Assembly: GCA_963733955.1 (NCBI GenBank)
Contig: CAVTEW010000002.1
Coordinates: 5,863-69,862 of the forward strand
Direction: 5' to 3'
Origin: an uncultured Acidobacteriota bacterium
GTDB lineage: Bacteria > Acidobacteriota > Thermoanaerobaculia > UBA5066 > Gp7-AA6
Length of the DNA: 64,000 bases
Shown here: piece by piece, positions 10,417-19,057 of the stretch
Numbering within the stretch: the stretch's first letter is position 1
Layout: every line of letters begins with the position of its first letter
The notes under the pieces: model-generated
Seen by the model: only the letters and a program-made list of their open reading frames with translations
The model's database searches: none
Told to the model about the DNA's origin: nothing
Made by a program: the position numbers and the translations under genes

Positions 10417-13197
10417 TCAATACGCGATCCGGCGCGACGGCGGAAGAATCGGCCGCCGTCCCACGCGGATGCGGGCATCGACCACGCGAGCGCCGCTCGT
10501 CAGCACCTTGACCGGGTTCAGGTCCATCTCCCGAACCTCCGGGCAGTGCTCGACCAGGGCGGAGACGCGCAGGAGCAGATCCTTCAGAGCCGCTTCGTCC
10601 GCCGGCGCGGCGCCCCGGTAACCGCGCAGGAGCGCCGTTCCCTTGACCTCCTCGAGCATGGCCGTGACGTCGGCGTCGGTCAGGGGGTGCAGCCGGAAAG
10701 CCACGTCGGCGACGAGCTCGACCAAGATTCCGCCGCTGCCGTACAGGACCAGCGGGCCGAAGGTCGAGTCCTGCGTGACGCCGACGATCACCTCGACGCC
10801 CCCGGGCACCATGGCCTGGACCAGGAAATCGGTCAGACCGGGCCCCAGGCGCTCGCTCAGATCGCGGCAGGCGGCCAGGACCGCGGCGTCGTCGGCGAGG
10901 CCGAGACGCACGCCCCCGACCTCGGTCTTGTGGAGAATGGCCGGGCCCACCGCCTTGATGGCCACGGGAAATCCGATCTTCCGGGCCGCCGCCAGCGCGG
11001 CGGTCTCGTCGCGGGCGACCGCCATCTCGGCGACCGGAATTCGAAACGACGTCAGGAGTCCCTGGACGTCGGCCGGCCCCAGCCAGCCGCCGCCCGTTGC
11101 GAGAGCGCGATCGACGATGGCGCGCCCCCCGGCGACGTCGAGGTCGTCGTAGGGAGGGATCTCGCCCGGCGCCTCGGAGCGCCACTCGCCGTAGGCCGCG
11201 GCGCGGGCGAGCGCGAGCGCGGCGGACTCGGGAAAGGGATAGCAGGGGATGGTGGAGAGCGCCGAAGGCGTTCCCTTCGCGCTCATGAACGTGCCCAGGA
11301 CCGGCTTGCGCGCGCCCTTGGCGCCTTCCACGATGGCCGTGGCCACGGCGTCCGGATTGGTCGCGATGGGCGGGATGAAGATGACCAGGACGCTGTCGAG
11401 CTTTTCCTCCGCCAGGAGGATCTTGAGGGACTTGCGGTAGTGCTCGGGCGGGGCCGAGGCCAGCATGTCGACGGGATTGCCGACGCTCGCCGCGGCGGGC
11501 AGGAAGGCCCGGAGCTTCGCGGCGGTCGCCGGCGAGAGCGGCGGCAGGTTCAGGCCCTGCGCCTCGCAGACGTCGGCCGCCAGGATGCCCGGGCCGCCGG
11601 CGTTGGTCAGGATTCCGACGCGCCGCCCGCGGGGCACCGGCTGGTGCGCCAGGAGCGTCGCGACGTCGAAGAGCTCCTCCAGCGTCTGCGTCCGGATCAC
11701 GCCGGCCTGCCGGAAGAGAGCGTCGACCACCGGATCCGCTTCGGCCAGCGCTCCGGTGTGCGAGGTGGCGGCGCGGGACCCGGCCCGGGAGCGCCCGGAC
11801 TTGACCGCGATGATCGGCTTCTTGCGCGCCACGCGCCGGGCGATCCGGGAGAAGCGCACCGGATTGCCGAAGCTCTCCAGGTACAGGAGGATCACGTCCG
11901 TGCGCGGGTCTTCGGCCCAGTACTGGATCAGGTCGTTGCCCGACACGTCGGCCTTGTTGCCGACCGACACGAACGTCGAGATCCCCAGGTTGAGCTTGGA
12001 CGCGTAGTCGAGCAGCGCCAGCCCGAGGGCGCCGCTCTGCGAGGAGAGCGCCACGCGGCCGGCGGGAGGGTAGACCGGAGCGAAGGTGGCGTCGAGGCAG
12101 ACGTCCGGGTCGGTGTTGACCAGGCCCATGCAGTTGGGCCCGACCATGCGGATCCCGGCGGCGCGGATCTTCTCGACCAGGGCGGCCTCGCGGCGCCGCC
12201 CCTCGTCGCCGGTCTCGGAGAAGCCGGCGGTGATGACGATGATGGCCTTCACGCCCTTGGCCACGCAGTCGTCGACCGCGCCGCTGACGAGCTCGGCCGG
12301 GACGGAGAGGACCGCGAGATCGACCGGCCCGGGGACGTCGGTCAGACGGGCGAAGCTCGGGATGCCCAGGATCTCCTTGGCTTTCGGGTTGATCGGCACG
12401 ACCTTTCCCCGGAACCCGTTGGAGACGAGGTTATAGAAGATCTCGGCGCCGATCTTGCCGCGCTCGCGGCTGGCCCCGATGACCGCGACGACCTCGGGCT
12501 CGAAGAGCAGTTTCATCGAAGCCGTGGCGGCCCGCTCGGACCGCTCGGCGGACTGTTCCTCGTAGTGGGCGGTCGGCGTGAGGTCGAGGACGATCCGCTC
12601 GACGCCTTCCTCGATCCGCCGCCGGGTCGTGTCGAATCCGCAGTTGTGGAAGACGTCGATCATGCGCCGGTTGTGGCCCAGGACCTCGGCTTCGAACGTG
12701 GTGATTCCGTGCTGGCGGGCGATGTCGGCCAGGCGCTCGAGCAGCCGCGTCCCGACGCCTTGTCCCTGCAGCGCGTCTTCGACCGTGAAGGCGACCTCGG
12801 CGCGCTCGGGCCGTTTCGGATCGCGGAAGTAATGGGCCACGGCGACGATGCGTCCGGCCGCCTCGCCGACTAAGGCGAAGAGACTGTCGTAGTCGACCCG
12901 GCAGAAGCCCTCGGCCCGCTCGGCGTCGATCCTGGGGACCGAGAAGAAGCGAAAGTACAGGCTGTCCGGCGAGAGCCGCTTGTAGAAGGCCAGGAGGGCC
13001 GGCGCGTCCGACGGCCGGATCGGCCGCAGCCGCAGGGTCGATCCCGAGCGCAGGACGACGTCGCGCTCCTCGTGGGCCGGATACGCGGCCTCGGCAACGA
13101 CGGGGGTCGGGAAATCGGCGATCTTGATCGACAGGGCGGTACCTCCGACGCCACCTTCTCGCGGCCCGACGCGGGGTCCCTGATACGGATGCATCAT
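10417..13197 (-). CDS. Pat-like fusion: N-terminal GNAT acetyltransferase + ADP-forming acyl-CoA synthetase (CoA-binding, ligase, ATP-grasp)
   Basis: GNAT region (LRLRPIRPSD..QGQGVGTRLLE). CoA-binding/succinyl-CoA-synthetase-like region (VAVIGASRERGKIG, GPNCMG). ATP-grasp-type C-terminus. Confidence 0.88.
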   Translation of the reverse strand: MMHPYQGPRVGPREGGVGGTALSIKIADFPTPVVAEAAYPAHEERDVVLRSGSTLRLRPIRPSDAPALLAFYKRLSPDSLYFRFFSVPRIDAERAEGFCRVDYDSLFALVGEAAGRIVAVAHYFRDPKRPERAEVAFTVEDALQGQGVGTRLLERLADIARQHGITTFEAEVLGHNRRMIDVFHNCGFDTTRRRIEEGVERIVLDLTPTAHYEEQSAERSERAATASMKLLFEPEVVAVIGASRERGKIGAEIFYNLVSNGFRGKVVPINPKAKEILGIPSFARLTDVPGPVDLAVLSVPAELVSGAVDDCVAKGVKAIIVITAGFSETGDEGRRREAALVEKIRAAGIRMVGPNCMGLVNTDPDVCLDATFAPVYPPAGRVALSSQSGALGLALLDYASKLNLGISTFVSVGNKADVSGNDLIQYWAEDPRTDVILLYLESFGNPVRFSRIARRVARKKPIIAVKSGRSRAGSRAATSHTGALAEADPVVDALFRQAGVIRTQTLEELFDVATLLAHQPVPRGRRVGILTNAGGPGILAADVCEAQGLNLPPLSPATAAKLRAFLPAAASVGNPVDMLASAPPEHYRKSLKILLAEEKLDSVLVIFIPPIATNPDAVATAIVEGAKGARKPVLGTFMSAKGTPSALSTIPCYPFPESAALALARAAAYGEWRSEAPGEIPPYDDLDVAGGRAIVDRALATGGGWLGPADVQGLLTSFRIPVAEMAVARDETAALAAARKIGFPVAIKAVGPAILHKTEVGGVRLGLADDAAVLAACRDLSERLGPGLTDFLVQAMVPGGVEVIVGVTQDSTFGPLVLYGSGGILVELVADVAFRLHPLTDADVTAMLEEVKGTALLRGYRGAAPADEAALKDLLLRVSALVEHCPEVREMDLNPVKVLTSGARVVDARIRVGRRPILPPSRRIAY

Positions 13198-13270
13198 ACC
13201 CGCGGGCGGACCCGCGGGCGGGTTCTTCCCTGTGGCGAACGCGTCGCCGCCAGTCGAGGCCTTCGGCGGC

Positions 13271-13768
13271 CTACAGCGCGCGGATCAGCTCGGTCACGTC
13301 CGGGAGAGCCGGCGCGCTCGCGGGATAGCGCCGCTCGCCGATCTTCTGGAGCGTATGGACGACGTCGGAATGGGACACGCCGGTCGCTTCCCCGCCGGCG
13401 TCTGCCTGGCGGATCGCGTCGTTCAACGAGAGGATCCCCGAGAGGTTCCCCTCCGCGTCGACCACCGGAAGCCGCCGGACTCGCTTTTCCCGCATCATGG
13501 CCAGGGCGCGCCGGACGTGCGCCTCCGGCCGGCATGCCGCGACCGAGCGGCTCATCGCCTCGCCCACCGTCATCTCCGAGGGGCGGCGGTCGTTCTCGGT
13601 CAGGGCGATGCAGATGTCGCGGTCGGTGATGACGCCGACGACCCTGCCTTCGGAAACCACCGGCAGGACGCCCGAGTCGATCGACCGCAGGGTCCGGCCG
13701 GCCTCGGCCAGAGTGCGCTCGGGAGCGCAGCTGGTAACGCCGCGGGTCATCAGGCTTTCGATTCTCAT
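13271..13768 (-). CDS. CBS-pair domain protein
   Basis: MRIESLMTRGV..GVITDRDI..RRLPVVDAEGNLSGILSLND. Confidence 0.9.
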   Translation of the reverse strand: MRIESLMTRGVTSCAPERTLAEAGRTLRSIDSGVLPVVSEGRVVGVITDRDICIALTENDRRPSEMTVGEAMSRSVAACRPEAHVRRALAMMREKRVRRLPVVDAEGNLSGILSLNDAIRQADAGGEATGVSHSDVVHTLQKIGERRYPASAPALPDVTELIRAL

Positions 13769-13771
13769 GGC

Positions 13772-14227
13772 TCACCCCCCGGTGTTTTCCCCGTCTGTCC
13801 GCCCGCAGATCGTCCGGTAGGCCTCGACGATCTCGCGGTCGGGCAGGGCTTCCATCGCGCCGGCCCGTCCCAGGACGTCATCGATGGACAGGATCCCGAC
13901 GAGCGCTCCGGAATCGTCCAGGACCGGCAGGCGGCGGACGCGTTCGCGCTGCATGGTCGTCAGCGCGGCGCCCAGGTTGTCGTTCTCGCGGCAGACGTGG
14001 ATCGGCCGGCTCATGACGTCCGCGACGGGCAGCTCGTTGGGGAGGCACTGGGCCGCTCCCAGGCCCATGCAGATGTCCCGATCGGTGATCATGCCGACGG
14101 TCTGTCCGCGCGAGACCACCGGGAGCGTGCCGCAGGCGCTCTCGGCCATGAGGACGGCCGCCGCGCCGAGCGTGGTCTGGGGCGTGCAGCAGACGGGATG
14201 ACGCGTCATCACCTGGCGCACTCGCAT
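13772..14227 (-). CDS. CBS-pair domain protein
   Basis: MRVRQVMTRHP..GMITDRDI..RRLPVLDDSGALVGILSIDD. Only 3 nt separate it from the next CBS gene. Confidence 0.9.
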   Translation of the reverse strand: MRVRQVMTRHPVCCTPQTTLGAAAVLMAESACGTLPVVSRGQTVGMITDRDICMGLGAAQCLPNELPVADVMSRPIHVCRENDNLGAALTTMQRERVRRLPVLDDSGALVGILSIDDVLGRAGAMEALPDREIVEAYRTICGRTDGENTGG

Positions 14228-14262
14228 ACCCGAATCTTGGCCGCCGCGGACGGAATCCGCCC

Positions 14263-14278
14263 TGATGCCGACGCATCA
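14263..14278. promoter_or_regulatory. Palindromic box TGATGCCGACGCATCA
   Basis: Perfect 6+6 inverted repeat in the divergent intergenic region, 36-51 nt from the CBS start at 14227. Confidence 0.6.
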
Positions 14279-14298
14279 AATCGAGATTCCCGTCCAAC

Positions 14299-14314
14299 TG
14301 ATGCATTCGCCTCA
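14299..14314. promoter_or_regulatory. Palindromic box TGATGCATTCGCCTCA (one core mismatch)
   Basis: Second box in the same divergent region. Its centre is 36 bp from the first, and it lies 66-81 nt upstream of the USP start at 14380. Confidence 0.5.
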
Positions 14315-14379
14315 TTTCCGGCGGGGCGGTGTTCGGAGAGCATCGAAATCGGAGGCGGGCAACAACGCCTGAAACGACG

Positions 14380-15360
14380 ATGGTCAACGCAAACCAACCC
14401 CGGTTGAGAGTTCTCCTTCCGCTCAAGCCGAAGGACGACGTGGCGGACCTGGCGCGGCTGCTTCCCGCGCTGCTGCCCCCGGAGGCGACGCAACTGCGGC
14501 GCCTTTACGTCCATCGCCCGGTGGAAGCCGACGTCTTCATTCCGGAGACCTACGCCCGCCTGCCGGAAATCGCCCAGATCGAATTCGACGCGGAGAACGC
14601 CACCCGCGTGGAGACCGAGCGCGAGATGGCGCCGCTGGGGTCGGAGGGGTACGGCGTGACCTCGGAGGTCGTGCGCGGCAATCCCACCGAGGAGGTCCTG
14701 CGGGAGGCGAGCTTCTGGCGCGCCGACCTGGTCGCCGCGCGCACCCGCAGCGCGTCGGCCCAGGACCGCAAGATCGGCGGAATGGCCGCCGCGCTCCTCC
14801 ACCACGCGACCTGCGCCGTGCTGCTTCACCGGGAGATCCCGGAGGGGTACCGCATTCGGCGGGTCCTGATCCCGACGGACTTCTCCCGGGCGGCCCGTCA
14901 GAGCGCGGACTGGGGCCTGGCCCTGGCCGATTTGACCGGCGCCCAGCCGCACCTGCTACACGTGATCGCGCGCTGGAACAACCGCCACGGCATTCACCAG
15001 GACGAGCTGCTGCGCCTGGCCACCGACGAGCTCGAGCGCTGGCGCGCCCGCGGACATGCGCTCCTGCGCCGCCCCGTCGAGCAGGGCCAGGTCATCGAAG
15101 CGGCCACGCCGGCGGAGGGGATCCTTTCCTACGCGCAGCAGAAGCAGGTCGATCTGATCGTGGTCGCGGCCACCGGAATGTCGGCCGTCCGCGCGGCCCT
15201 GCTGGGATCCAACACGCGAAAGGTCGTGCGCGCCGCCGGCTGCCCGGTCGTCGTGATCCCCACGGCCAACCGGGTCAGCGCGCGGACGCTTCTGGATCGC
15301 GCGCGTGCCTTCGCGGCGAGGCCGGTCGAAGCCGGGACAGCCGTCGAGAGCGCGCGATGA
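14380..15360 (+). CDS. Tandem-domain universal stress protein
   Basis: Two USP domains (..LRVLLPL.., RRVLIPTDFSRAARQS..VVAATGMSAVRAALLGSNTRKVVRAAGCPVVVIP). ATG 14380 is preferred over GTG 14329, which would sit on the operator. Confidence 0.85.
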   Translation: MVNANQPRLRVLLPLKPKDDVADLARLLPALLPPEATQLRRLYVHRPVEADVFIPETYARLPEIAQIEFDAENATRVETEREMAPLGSEGYGVTSEVVRGNPTEEVLREASFWRADLVAARTRSASAQDRKIGGMAAALLHHATCAVLLHREIPEGYRIRRVLIPTDFSRAARQSADWGLALADLTGAQPHLLHVIARWNNRHGIHQDELLRLATDELERWRARGHALLRRPVEQGQVIEAATPAEGILSYAQQKQVDLIVVAATGMSAVRAALLGSNTRKVVRAAGCPVVVIPTANRVSARTLLDRARAFAARPVEAGTAVESAR

Positions 15361-15391
15361 GTGAACGAACCAACCGAGGAGGAGATTGACC

Positions 15392-15901
15392 ATGGCGACT
15401 TCGGAGACAGTGACCGGCAACTCCCCAAAGAAGCCCGCGGGCCCGCCCTCCGGGACTCCCAGGACCGTCCCCGCCGCCGGGAAAGTCCGGGTGCGGCTGG
15501 TGCGCGACCTGATGACCGAAACCGTCTTCACCCTGAGGGCGAAAGACGATCTGGCCACGCTCTACGACCTCATGGACTCCCGCCACGTCCGACACGTTCC
15601 GATCGTGGACGCGGAGGGCGAGATCGTCGGCCTGGTCACCCACCGCGACCTGTCGCGCTCGGCGCTCGGGGCGCTGGACGACCTGCCTCTGTCGGCCGAG
15701 CGCGACGAGCTGCGGCGCCGGAAGGTGCGCGACATCATGGCCACCGAGCCGGACACGATCGAGCCGGACGCGAGGCTCCAGGAAGCGGCGCAGATGCTCC
15801 TGGAGAACAAGATCGGCTGCGTCCCGGTCGTGGAGGGCCTGCACCTGGTGGGCATCCTGACCGAAGCCGACTTCGTCCGCGACTTCCTGGAGCGGGGCTG
15901 A
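15392..15901 (+). CDS. CBS-pair domain protein
   Basis: VRDLMTETV..HVPIVDAEGEIVGLVTHRDL..GCVPVVEGLHLVGILTEADF. SD GAGGAGGAG lies 7 nt before ATG 15392 (the track starts at TTG 15386). Confidence 0.88.
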   Translation: MATSETVTGNSPKKPAGPPSGTPRTVPAAGKVRVRLVRDLMTETVFTLRAKDDLATLYDLMDSRHVRHVPIVDAEGEIVGLVTHRDLSRSALGALDDLPLSAERDELRRRKVRDIMATEPDTIEPDARLQEAAQMLLENKIGCVPVVEGLHLVGILTEADFVRDFLERG

Positions 15902-15903
15902 CC

Positions 15904-16428
15904 GTGCGCGCGCGCCGGCTGGGCGTCGCGCTGATCAGCCTCCTCGCGCCGGTCCTGGCCGCGGTGACCTTCGCCGCGGTCGAGATCGAGAAGTTTCATC
16001 GCGTCGACGACCGCGTCTCCACCGGCGCGCAGCCGACCATCCCGCAGATCGCCTCCCTGGCTCAGGAAGGGTTCCGTACGGTGATCAACCTGCGGGAACC
16101 CATCGAGCACGAGGGCGCCGCGGAAGAAGCCGCGGTGAGGGACCTGGGAATGGACTACATCAACATCCCTGTCCGGACCACCGATCCCAGGGACGCGCAG
16201 GCCGACGCCTTTTTGAGGATCACGGCGGACGCCCGGATCTATCCCGTCTTCATTCACTGCGGAACCGCCAACCGCGTCGCGGCCTTCTGGATGATCCGGC
16301 GAATCGTCGTGGACGGCTGGGGCGCCGACGACGCCGAGAAGGAAGCTCGGGAGATCGGTCTGAAGAGCGCGGTGATGAGGGACTTCGCCCTCGACTACGC
16401 GCGTCGGCACGCCCGGAAAGAAGGCTGA
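15904..16428 (+). CDS. Cys-based phosphatase-like protein (CX5R: HCGTANR) with N-terminal signal/anchor
   Basis: VFIHCGTANRVAAFW P-loop typical of PTP/DSP-like (DUF442-type) domains. GTG start 2 nt after the CBS stop (junction GCTGACCGTG). Confidence 0.7.
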   Translation: MRARRLGVALISLLAPVLAAVTFAAVEIEKFHRVDDRVSTGAQPTIPQIASLAQEGFRTVINLREPIEHEGAAEEAAVRDLGMDYINIPVRTTDPRDAQADAFLRITADARIYPVFIHCGTANRVAAFWMIRRIVVDGWGADDAEKEAREIGLKSAVMRDFALDYARRHARKEG

Positions 16429-16430
16429 CC

Positions 16431-16847
16431 GTGTTCGCGCGGATCCTGGTGCCCGTCGATTTCTCGCCCCGCAGCCTCCGGGCGGCGCGCTCCGCGGCCC
16501 GCGTGGCCGCGAACGGAAAAGCGCAGGTCACGCTCCTGCACGTGATCGAGAAGATCGAGGACGCCGACATGCGCTCGCTCAAGACGTTCTATCGGAAGCT
16601 CGAACGGGCCGCCCGCGACCGGATGCGGCGATTCCTCGAGATCTTCCAGCGTCGGGGAGTCTCCGTGCGGGCGATGACGCTGTACGGCAAGCCGGTCAAC
16701 GACATCCTCCGCTTCGCCGAGGAAAACCGCTCCGACCTGATCGTCCTCTCCTCGCACAAGCTTCCCCTTCGGCACGGACAGAGCTGGGGCACGGTGAGCT
16801 ACAAGGTCGGAATCCTGGCCCGCTGCCCGGTCCTTCTGGTCAAGTAG
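16431..16847 (+). CDS. Universal stress protein
   Basis: FARILVPVDFSPRS..DLIVLSSHK..SVSYKVGILARCPVLLVK. GTG start with the same GCTGACCGTG stop-start junction as the previous gene pair. Confidence 0.88.
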   Translation: MFARILVPVDFSPRSLRAARSAARVAANGKAQVTLLHVIEKIEDADMRSLKTFYRKLERAARDRMRRFLEIFQRRGVSVRAMTLYGKPVNDILRFAEENRSDLIVLSSHKLPLRHGQSWGTVSYKVGILARCPVLLVK

Positions 16848-16880
16848 GCAGCCCGCGCGGCCGCGCCCCGGGCTATCGTA

Positions 16881-16901
16881 GGATCGGCTTTTCGCCGATC
16901 C
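16881..16901. terminator. Hairpin GGATCGGC-N5-GCCGATCC
   Basis: 8-bp perfect stem 34 nt after the USP stop. It abuts the next start codon and has no T-tract, so its function is uncertain. Confidence 0.35.
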
Positions 16902-16902
16902 C

Positions 16903-18771
16903 ATGAAGTCCTTTTTGGCGCATCGAAGGCTCGGCCTGGCCTGGCTCGTGGCGGCGTCGCTCACCGCGCGCCCCGGAGCGGGCGCCGCCCTTCCCGACCG
17001 GAAGGACGCCTGGAACCGCGTCGACACAGCGCATTTCACGCTCTTCGCCGACGCCGCCACCGCGCGGGCCCGCGAGATCGGCCTCGAGCTGGAGAAGCTG
17101 CGGGCGGTCCTCGCCACGTTTCTGCCCTCGGCCTCTCAGAACGCGCCGGTCCCGACGCAGGTCTTCGTCTTCAAGAGCGACGCCGCCCTGGATCCCTACA
17201 AGCCGCTCTACAAGGGCAAGCCCACCGGGGCGACCGGATTCTTCCAGGGCACGCCGGAGGGGAACTTCATCGCTCTGACGGCCTCCTGGAACGCCGATCC
17301 GCGTCCGGTCGTTTTCCACGAGTTCCTCCACTATTTTCTCCACAGCAACTTTCCGCCGCAGCCGCTCTGGTACGACGAGGGCCTGGCCGACTTCTACAGC
17401 ACCTTCCGGGCGACGTCCAGGCAGGCCAAGATCGGCCTCCCGGTGGAACACCACATCTGGCGGCTGCGGGGCGAGGCCATGCTCCCGCTGGCGACCCTCT
17501 TCGCGGTGAGCCGCGAATCGCCCGAGTACAACGAGCAATCCCGCCAGGGCATCTTCTACGCCGAGTCGTGGGCGCTGGTGCACTACCTGATGCGGGGATC
17601 CCCCCGCCGCGCGACGCAGCTCCCCCGCTTTCTGACGCTCCTGCAGGAAGGAAAGCCGCAGGACGAGGCCTTCCGGGAGGCGTTCGGCGTGGACTACGCC
17701 GGCCTGCAGGGCGAGCTGTCCCGATACGTCCAGCAGGCGAGCTTCCCCTACCGGCGCGTCGCCTACGAGGAGCTCAAGCTGCCCTCGGAGACGAAGACCG
17801 CACCGATCTCCTACGGGGAGGCGCTCTGCCATCTGGGCGACCTCCTCGTGCACGGCTCGCCGGATCACCTCGCGGACGCGCGGGCGCATTTCGAGGCCGC
17901 CCTGGCGCTGGAGCCGGGCAATCCCGACGCCCTGGGCGGCCTGGGACTCATCCGGCTGCGCGAGGACCGGACCGCGGAGGCGCGGGATCTTCTCGGCCGC
18001 GCGCTCGCCGCGGGCTCGACGGACTTCCGCGTCCCCTTTCATCTCGGGCAGCTCGCCATGCGGTCGCTCTCCGGCAAGCCCTTCAGCCCCGGCCACCTGG
18101 AACCGGCCCTGCGCGCGCAGGTCGATCTCGCCCGCGGCGCGTTCCGCAAGGCCGTCGAAGAGAACCCGGACTTCGCGCAGGGGCGCGCGGAGCTCGGACG
18201 GACCTTTCTCTTCGAGACCGGCCCGGACGTTTCCGAGGGCATCTCCGAGCTCGAGGCCGCCGTCGCCCGGCTCCCGGGCCGCCGGGACCTGTTGCTCGAT
18301 CTGGCCAGTCTCTACGACCAGGGAGGCAATCGGGCCAGGCACGAGGAGCTGTTGCGCAAGGCGCTCGGACCCGAGGCGGAGGCGCTTCTGGAGCGGCGGA
18401 GGAAACAGGAGGATCTCGAGGCGTCCCTCGCCCGCGTGCACGCGCTGCTCGCCGACAGCCAGGACGACGCCGCGATCGACCTGATCGAGCGGATGGCCGC
18501 CGCGATCGATCCGGATTCCCCCGCGAGGCTCCCCGAGGAGCTCCAGACGCTGCGGCGGCAGTCCGCGCGCAACCGCGCGATCCACCGGTACAACGACGCG
18601 GTGGCGCGGTACGGCCGCCGCGAGCTCGCCGCGGCGCTCTCCGGTTTCGAGGCCGTCGCCGCGACCGCGGAGGACCCCGAGCTGGCCGGGACGGCGCGGG
18701 AGCAGGCCCGGTGGGTCCGGCACCTGATCGCGCAGGCGAGAACCAAGAAGAGCGCGCCGGCGCGAAAGTGA
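16903..18771 (+). CDS. Secreted HExxH (peptidase-MA-like) + TPR repeat protein
   Basis: Signal peptide. HEFLHYFLH metalloprotease-like motif. The C-terminal half has TPR-like repeats (ALALEPGNPDALGGLG..). Confidence 0.7.
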   Translation: MKSFLAHRRLGLAWLVAASLTARPGAGAALPDRKDAWNRVDTAHFTLFADAATARAREIGLELEKLRAVLATFLPSASQNAPVPTQVFVFKSDAALDPYKPLYKGKPTGATGFFQGTPEGNFIALTASWNADPRPVVFHEFLHYFLHSNFPPQPLWYDEGLADFYSTFRATSRQAKIGLPVEHHIWRLRGEAMLPLATLFAVSRESPEYNEQSRQGIFYAESWALVHYLMRGSPRRATQLPRFLTLLQEGKPQDEAFREAFGVDYAGLQGELSRYVQQASFPYRRVAYEELKLPSETKTAPISYGEALCHLGDLLVHGSPDHLADARAHFEAALALEPGNPDALGGLGLIRLREDRTAEARDLLGRALAAGSTDFRVPFHLGQLAMRSLSGKPFSPGHLEPALRAQVDLARGAFRKAVEENPDFAQGRAELGRTFLFETGPDVSEGISELEAAVARLPGRRDLLLDLASLYDQGGNRARHEELLRKALGPEAEALLERRRKQEDLEASLARVHALLADSQDDAAIDLIERMAAAIDPDSPARLPEELQTLRRQSARNRAIHRYNDAVARYGRRELAAALSGFEAVAATAEDPELAGTAREQARWVRHLIAQARTKKSAPARK

Positions 18772-18792
18772 GCCCCGCCGAAAAGAAGCCGG

Positions 18793-18823
18793 CGAGGAAA
18801 CTGGAGGAGAAGACGTTTCCTCG
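18793..18823. terminator. Hairpin CGAGGAAAC-N13-GTTTCCTCG
   Basis: 9-bp perfect stem 22 nt downstream of the stop at 18771. Confidence 0.4.
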
Positions 18824-19057
18824 CTGATCCGCTCCCGGCGGGGAAGCCAGCCTACTACCCCGGCGCCGCGGCCGGCCGGGCGGCTCCGCCTGGCGCGGGG
18901 TGCGCGATGCCGCGCACACCAAGGGTCCTTTCCGCGAAAAGGAGCCGCGATGCCGGCCGGCCGCGCCGGGTCCGGCGAAGGGCTCTCCTGGACCGGGAGG
19001 ACCCTCTGGCCCCGAGTTTGCTTCGAGCTGCGCCAGGGGAAGCTGGGAAGGGGAGGC

